DNA of 64,000 nt from an uncultured delta proteobacterium (GTDB taxonomy: Bacteria > Myxococcota_A > UBA9160 > UBA4427): NCBI GenBank assembly GCA_963822965.1, contig CAWGJT010000005.1, forward strand, positions 1,985,837 through 2,049,836. The letters are read 5' to 3'. The notes below the pieces were generated by a model. That model saw only the letters and a program-made list of their open reading frames with translations, did no database searches and was not told where the DNA came from. The translations under genes and the position numbers were made by a program. This document shows, piece by piece, positions 59,460 to 64,000 of the stretch. Position 1 is the stretch's first letter; every line of letters starts with the position of its first letter.

Positions 59460-60704
59460 ATGAAGCTCAGCGAAGTCGACCTGAACAACCTGGACACCTT
59501 CGAGAAGGGCACGCCCCACGACCAGTTCAAGCTGCTGCGCAACGAGGCGCCGGTGTACCGGCACCGGGGCGGTCCGGGCCAGGAAGACTTCTGGTGCATC
59601 ACCAAGCACGAGGACCTGAAGCAGATCTCGAAGAGCCCCCAGCTGTTCTCGTCCGAGCGCATGGGCGCCATCATGCGCGACCCCGATCCCGCCAGCCTGG
59701 CGATGCTGCGGCTCATCATGCTCAACATGGACCCGCCCAGGCACCGGCAGTACCGGGCCATCGTCAACAAGGCTTTCACGCCGCGCATGATGAAGAACCT
59801 CGAGCCCGCGGTCGACCGCATCGTGACCGAGATCATCGACAACGTGATCGAGAAGGGCGAGTGCGACTTCGTGGACGAGCTGGCCGCCCCGCTCCCCATG
59901 CTCGTCATCTGCGAGATGATGGGCGTGCCCGAGGAGGACCGCCGCGCCATCTACGAGCTGGGCAACAAGATGGTGGGCTTCGACGACCCCGAGCTGCAGG
60001 GCGGCGAAGTGCAGGTCGCCGGCCAGGACCCCGAGTACCAGGAAGCCTCGGCGGAGATGTTCATGTACGCGGCGAAGCTCGCGGAGAAGTCGCGCCGCAA
60101 CCCCGGCGACGACCTGGCCACGGCGCTGCTGAACGCCGAGGTGGACGGCCAGCGGCTCTCGGAGATGGAGTTCAACTCGTTCTTCCTGCTGCTGGCGATC
60201 GCGGGCAACGAGACGACCCGCACCGTCACCACGAACGGCATGATCGACCTCATCCGCCATCCCGCCGAGCGCCGGAAGGTGCTGGACGATCCCTCGCTGG
60301 TGCCGTCGGCGGTGGAGGAGATCCTCCGTCACGAGCCCGCCGTGCACGCCTTCCGGCGCACCGCCATGGGCGATACCGAGATCCGGGGCGTGCCGATCGC
60401 CGAAGGCGACAAGGTGGTGATGTGGTACCCCGCGGTGAACCGCGACGAGGACGTCTTCGAGAGCCCGGACGTCTTCGACGTGACCCGCAGCCCGAACGAG
60501 CACCTCTCCTTCGGAATCGGCGAGCACTTCTGCCTGGGCTCGAACCTGGCCCGCATGGAGCTGCGCAAGATCTTCGCGGCGCTGCTCGACCGGATCCCGG
60601 ACATGGAGCTGGCCGCCGAGCCGCGGCGCCTGCGCTCGAACTTCGTGAACGGCGTGAAGGAGATGCGCGTGCAGTTCACGCCGAGGGCGCGCTCCGACGC
60701 GTAG
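59460..60704 (+). CDS. Cytochrome P450 (CYP124/125/142-like)
   Basis: MLNMDPP.H, AGNETTR, EEILR, HLSFGIGEHFCLG. Confidence 0.92.
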   Translation: MKLSEVDLNNLDTFEKGTPHDQFKLLRNEAPVYRHRGGPGQEDFWCITKHEDLKQISKSPQLFSSERMGAIMRDPDPASLAMLRLIMLNMDPPRHRQYRAIVNKAFTPRMMKNLEPAVDRIVTEIIDNVIEKGECDFVDELAAPLPMLVICEMMGVPEEDRRAIYELGNKMVGFDDPELQGGEVQVAGQDPEYQEASAEMFMYAAKLAEKSRRNPGDDLATALLNAEVDGQRLSEMEFNSFFLLLAIAGNETTRTVTTNGMIDLIRHPAERRKVLDDPSLVPSAVEEILRHEPAVHAFRRTAMGDTEIRGVPIAEGDKVVMWYPAVNRDEDVFESPDVFDVTRSPNEHLSFGIGEHFCLGSNLARMELRKIFAALLDRIPDMELAAEPRRLRSNFVNGVKEMRVQFTPRARSDA

Positions 60705-60706
60705 CG

Positions 60707-60727
60707 GGCGAATCCTTCGGGTTCGCT
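60707..60727. repeat. REP-like palindrome 3' of the P450 gene
   Basis: GGCGAATCC-TTC-GGGTTCGCT. Confidence 0.65.
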
Positions 60728-60768
60728 GACCGGGGGCGCACGGCGTTCGTTATGGCATGCTACCGGCC

Positions 60769-61470
60769 ATGCAGCGCGCGGTGCTCTTCGACCTCGACAA
60801 CACGCTGACGGCGCGTCGCGCCAGCGTGGAGCGCTACGCGCAGCTCTTCCGCGAAGACTTCGCGGACCGGCTGCTCCCCGTCGAGCTCGAGGTGCTGCAG
60901 GCGGCGCTCGTCGCCATCGACATGGGCGGCTACAACGCGCAACGCGTGGCCGACATGGAGGAGCGCCTGCGCTGGCGCGAAGCCCCGGGCCACGAAGAGC
61001 TCGATGCCCACTGGGCGGGACGCCTGCCGGATGCGACCGTCGCACGGCCGGGCCTGCACGCGCTCTTCGAGGCGATCAGCGCGTCCGGCCTGCGGCCAGG
61101 CGTCGTCACCAACGGTCGCGTGCCCGGACAGCTCGCGAAGCTGGACGCTCTGGGACTGCGCGATCGGCTCGACGCCATCGTCATCTCGGAAGCGATCGGC
61201 TGCAAGAAGCCCGACCCGCGCATCTTCGCCGCCGCCTGCGAGGCCGTGGGCGTCCCGCCCGAGGCGTGCTGGTTCGTGGGCGACCACCCGGAGAACGACG
61301 TCCTGGGCGCGGCGCGCTTCGGCATGACGGCGGTGTGGATCACCGACTCCGTGGACGGCCACCCGTGGCCTTCGGAGGAGCCCGAGCCGGCGCACCGCAT
61401 CGAGGGGCTGGACGAGCTGCATTCCCTGCTTCGACTCGTGAAGCCGGACGCGTGCGCGACGACGAGCTGA
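60769..61470 (+). CDS. HAD-family hydrolase
   Basis: FDLDNTL, VTNG, KPDPRIF, VGD..ND. Confidence 0.92.
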   Translation: MQRAVLFDLDNTLTARRASVERYAQLFREDFADRLLPVELEVLQAALVAIDMGGYNAQRVADMEERLRWREAPGHEELDAHWAGRLPDATVARPGLHALFEAISASGLRPGVVTNGRVPGQLAKLDALGLRDRLDAIVISEAIGCKKPDPRIFAAACEAVGVPPEACWFVGDHPENDVLGAARFGMTAVWITDSVDGHPWPSEEPEPAHRIEGLDELHSLLRLVKPDACATTS

Positions 61471-61931
61471 AGAACCTGGTGGACGAGCTGCTCTATCTCG
61501 TCGAGGTGGGGAGCGGCTCGACCCTGGCCGACGAAGCCGAGCTGGCGCACGCTCTCGACCGCCTCGCCCTGGCCATGCGCTGCCACGTGGCGAGCGACGA
61601 GCCCGGCGAGCTGCCCGCGATTCCGCCCCGCAACCGGGAGGTGCTCGGGAAGGTGGCCGCCAGCCGTTTCCCGGGCTTCGGCGCCTACAATCGTGCTGCC
61701 CGTCTCACGGAAGACCTCGGCCGGAGCACCCTCGAGGTGCGCAACGCCGTCGACGACGTGGTCGCCGTCGCCGACGCCCTGCACGTGGTGGCCTGGCTCT
61801 GGCGCAACACGAGCTGGCAGGCCGGGATGTGGTATCTCCAGGAGAGCTACCGGCGGCACTGGGGCGAGGCGATGCGGGCCCTGCAGCTCTACCTGCACGT
61901 GCGCGACGCGCAGAGAGTCGAAGGCGCCTAG
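61452..61931 (+). CDS. Hypothetical protein, DUF5063-like
   Basis: A.DD...VA..L...W...SY..HWG..MRALQ.YLH. Confidence 0.55.
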   Translation: MRDDELKNLVDELLYLVEVGSGSTLADEAELAHALDRLALAMRCHVASDEPGELPAIPPRNREVLGKVAASRFPGFGAYNRAARLTEDLGRSTLEVRNAVDDVVAVADALHVVAWLWRNTSWQAGMWYLQESYRRHWGEAMRALQLYLHVRDAQRVEGA

Positions 61932-61991
61932 AGGAGCGCGACGCGGCCGCAACAGGCAAGAAACGACAGGCAAGTGGGGAGAGGACGCGGC

Positions 61992-62330
61992 GTGCTCCAG
62001 GTGACCATCGGGCGAGTCGACGAGGACGATGTTCCCGTCCTGCGTGGCTGGCTCGCGAAGCTCGACTCACGTCGGGACGAACTGCGGGAGAGCTACTCGA
62101 CCCACGGAACGCATCACGAGCTCTTCCTGCTCGTCCGCACTCCCACCCAGCTGCTTCTGCTCCTGATCGCCGAGGTGAAGGACGACGAGCAGGCAACGCG
62201 CTCGTTCCTGCGCTCGAACCTCCCCATCGACGTGGAGTTCAAGAGCCTCGTGCAGAAGATCGGTCCGGAAGCCGCGGAGGTGGAGCTCCTCTACGACTCT
62301 TCGACCTACGTCGCGCTGCCCGACGCGTGA
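61992..62330 (+). CDS. Hypothetical protein, DUF6176-like
   Basis: GAGGA RBS; W..L..RRDE..E, S.LPID..FK. Confidence 0.55.
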   Translation: MLQVTIGRVDEDDVPVLRGWLAKLDSRRDELRESYSTHGTHHELFLLVRTPTQLLLLLIAEVKDDEQATRSFLRSNLPIDVEFKSLVQKIGPEAAEVELLYDSSTYVALPDA

Positions 62331-62412
62331 GCCGGCGCCACCCGTGAACGCCCGGTCACCGTCGACGGGCGCCCCGCCCCGCCGCTAAGCTCGCCGCATC
62401 CCGTCGCCCCGA

Positions 62413-63447
62413 ATGCAGCGAAGCGAGCGTCCCGCTCGTGGGGTGACCGTGGAGCCGCAGCCCCCGCGGCCGACCGAGGCCCATCCGCCGAAGTGGCTCT
62501 CGCGCCGCGTGCGTGAGGTGCTGCGCCGCCGGCACTACAGCCTGCGCACCGAGCGAACCTACCTGGGCTGGATGAGCCGCTTCGTCCGCTTCCACGCCGG
62601 TCGGCATCCCGAGCAGATGGGAACCACCGAGGTCGTCGCCTTCCTCACCCATCTGGCCGTCGAGCGCCACGTGAGCGCCAGCACCCAGAAGCAGGCGCAG
62701 AGCGCGCTCGTCTTCCTCTACCGCACCGTGCTGGGCCGCGAGCTGAAGGGCCTCGAGCAGGCCGTGCGCGCCCGGCGCCAACGGTCGACGCCCGTCGTGA
62801 TGACCGTCGAAGAGGTGCGGTCCGTTCTCGAGAAGATGCAGGGTCGGAACCGCCTGATCGTCACGCTGCTCTACGGCAGCGGGCTGCGCGTCGAGGAGTG
62901 TCTGGCGCTGCGCGTCAAGGACCTCGACTTCGACCGCCGCCAGCTCTGCGTCCGGCAGGGCAAGGGCCGCCGCGACCGTTACGTGCCCCTGGCCCGCAGC
63001 CTCCGGGAGCCGATCACCGAGCACCTCCGGGGTGTGCGCGCCCTCTACGAGGCCGACCGGGCCGCCGGCGAGGGCCTGGCGCCCCTGCCGGACGCCCTCG
63101 CTCGCAAGCTCGGCCCGGAAGTGTCTGCGGCATGGGGCTGGCAGTGGGTCTTCCCATCCCGGAGGCGAAGCACCGATCCCCGCACGGGAGCCGTCGTCCG
63201 CTATCACCTGCACCCCTCCGCGATCCAGCGAGCGGTGCGAAGCGCGTCGCGACGGGCAGGCCTGCGCAAGCGAGTCACCACGCACACGTTCCGCCACTCC
63301 TTCGCGACACACCTGCTCGAATCCGGCACCGACATCCGCACCCTACAGGAGCTGCTCGGCCACCAGGACCTCGACACCACGATGATCTACACCCACGTCG
63401 CCCGCAGCGGCCCCCTGGGAGTCCCCAGCCCCGCCGACCGCCTGTGA
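62413..63447 (+). CDS. intI: Integron integrase
   Basis: [37 protein letters not shown]....TTMIYTHV plus the IntI-specific insert [17 protein letters not shown]...DPRTG..RYHL. Confidence 0.95.
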   Translation: MQRSERPARGVTVEPQPPRPTEAHPPKWLSRRVREVLRRRHYSLRTERTYLGWMSRFVRFHAGRHPEQMGTTEVVAFLTHLAVERHVSASTQKQAQSALVFLYRTVLGRELKGLEQAVRARRQRSTPVVMTVEEVRSVLEKMQGRNRLIVTLLYGSGLRVEECLALRVKDLDFDRRQLCVRQGKGRRDRYVPLARSLREPITEHLRGVRALYEADRAAGEGLAPLPDALARKLGPEVSAAWGWQWVFPSRRRSTDPRTGAVVRYHLHPSAIQRAVRSASRRAGLRKRVTTHTFRHSFATHLLESGTDIRTLQELLGHQDLDTTMIYTHVARSGPLGVPSPADRL

Positions 63448-63651
63448 CCAGAATCCCCACCGCCGCGTCGACCCGCCACCGGGTTATCGAGCCAGAGATC
63501 GCAGCAGCGAAACCCGCACGCCCACCTCGGATTATCCAAAGAATCGAGAGAGATTCCGACCACAAACGCCACGCAACGCCCCACCCCCACCACCGGGTTA
63601 TGCAGCCAACACGCGCTCGGTTCACCCGAATTCGCGGTAGACTGGGGTGCA

Positions 63652-63670
63652 GGTCAATAAGTAGTTATGC
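63652..63670 (+). mobile_element. Putative attI site downstream of intI
   Basis: GGTCAAT-AAGTA-GTTATGC: degenerate L box, 5-bp spacer, GTT core. Confidence 0.6.
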
Positions 63671-63696
63671 GGCTTCCTCCCCCCGAGGTCCTATCG

Positions 63697-64000
63697 TTGC
63701 CTAGCGACAGGCGAAAGCGTGGACTCGGTGTGCTCGCAGCCTTTCTTGCGCTCGGTCTCGTACCGAAGGCGATTCCCGCGCTTGGCGACCTCTTCATTCT
63801 CTACTGGCTGGTGCTTCTCGTCGTCTTCGCTGCAGCGTTCCTCTTTGGCGCCTGGCAGCTTCTGCGCGTCATGCACGCGCTCGCCAAGACTCGGCGCGCG
63901 AGCCACATCTCGGTAGGCTCTATTCTTCACTCGCCGCTGGCCTTCTGTTCCTCCTTTTCGTCTTGGCGCTGCGCTTCGTTCCTAGTGCTCTACCCACAGG
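63697..64000 (+). CDS. Putative first gene-cassette ORF, membrane protein, truncated by the window end
   Basis: GAGGT RBS then TTG; LPSDRRKRGLGVLAAFLALGLV..LFILYWLVLLVVFAAAFLFGAW; open to 64000; more T-rich than the backbone. Confidence 0.55.
   Translation, partial: MPSDRRKRGLGVLAAFLALGLVPKAIPALGDLFILYWLVLLVVFAAAFLFGAWQLLRVMHALAKTRRASHISVGSILHSPLAFCSSFSSWRCASFLVLYPQ

Noticed and set aside
60769..62330. Small genes upstream of intI as gene cassettes
   Set aside because: No attC-like RYYYAAC..GTTRRRY structures between them; backbone-like composition and overlapping genes
63691..63930. Minus-strand 79-aa ORF as the cassette gene
   Set aside because: The plus-strand frame has an RBS, TM-like sequence and the expected cassette orientation

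Overview
High-GC bacterial chromosome segment, most consistent with Myxococcota/deltaproteobacteria (MXAN_5187-type gene, DigR-like REC-XRE regulator, split ATP synthase operon, Myxococcus-type parS). It spans the presumed replication origin: bactofilin-parB-parA-rsmG-jag-yidC-yidD-rnpA-rpmH and atpF'FHAGDC run on the minus strand, and dnaN-gyrB-gyrA-hemL and atpZIBE run on the plus strand. dnaA, recF and mnmE/mnmG are absent from their usual slots, and I see no canonical DnaA boxes. The left arm carries cyp51, a hidden membrane-anchored selenoprotein (in-frame UGA in a WUPFC motif plus a SECIS-like hairpin), glnB-glnA divergent from a stand-alone Fis-type HTH with paired sigma54 promoters, tRNA-Ala with a tandem hairpin array, an aldolase plus kinase-isomerase fusion that looks like a Kdo/D-arabinose catabolic module, enolase, a cobalamin/iron ABC transporter and bioB. 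The right arm carries small accessory genes, a MITE, a TetR-P450 pair and an integron whose attI-like site and first cassette lie downstream of, and co-oriented with, intI. Five single-base frameshifts in gyrA/hemL are probably sequencing errors. All calls are by eye from motifs; no searches were run.
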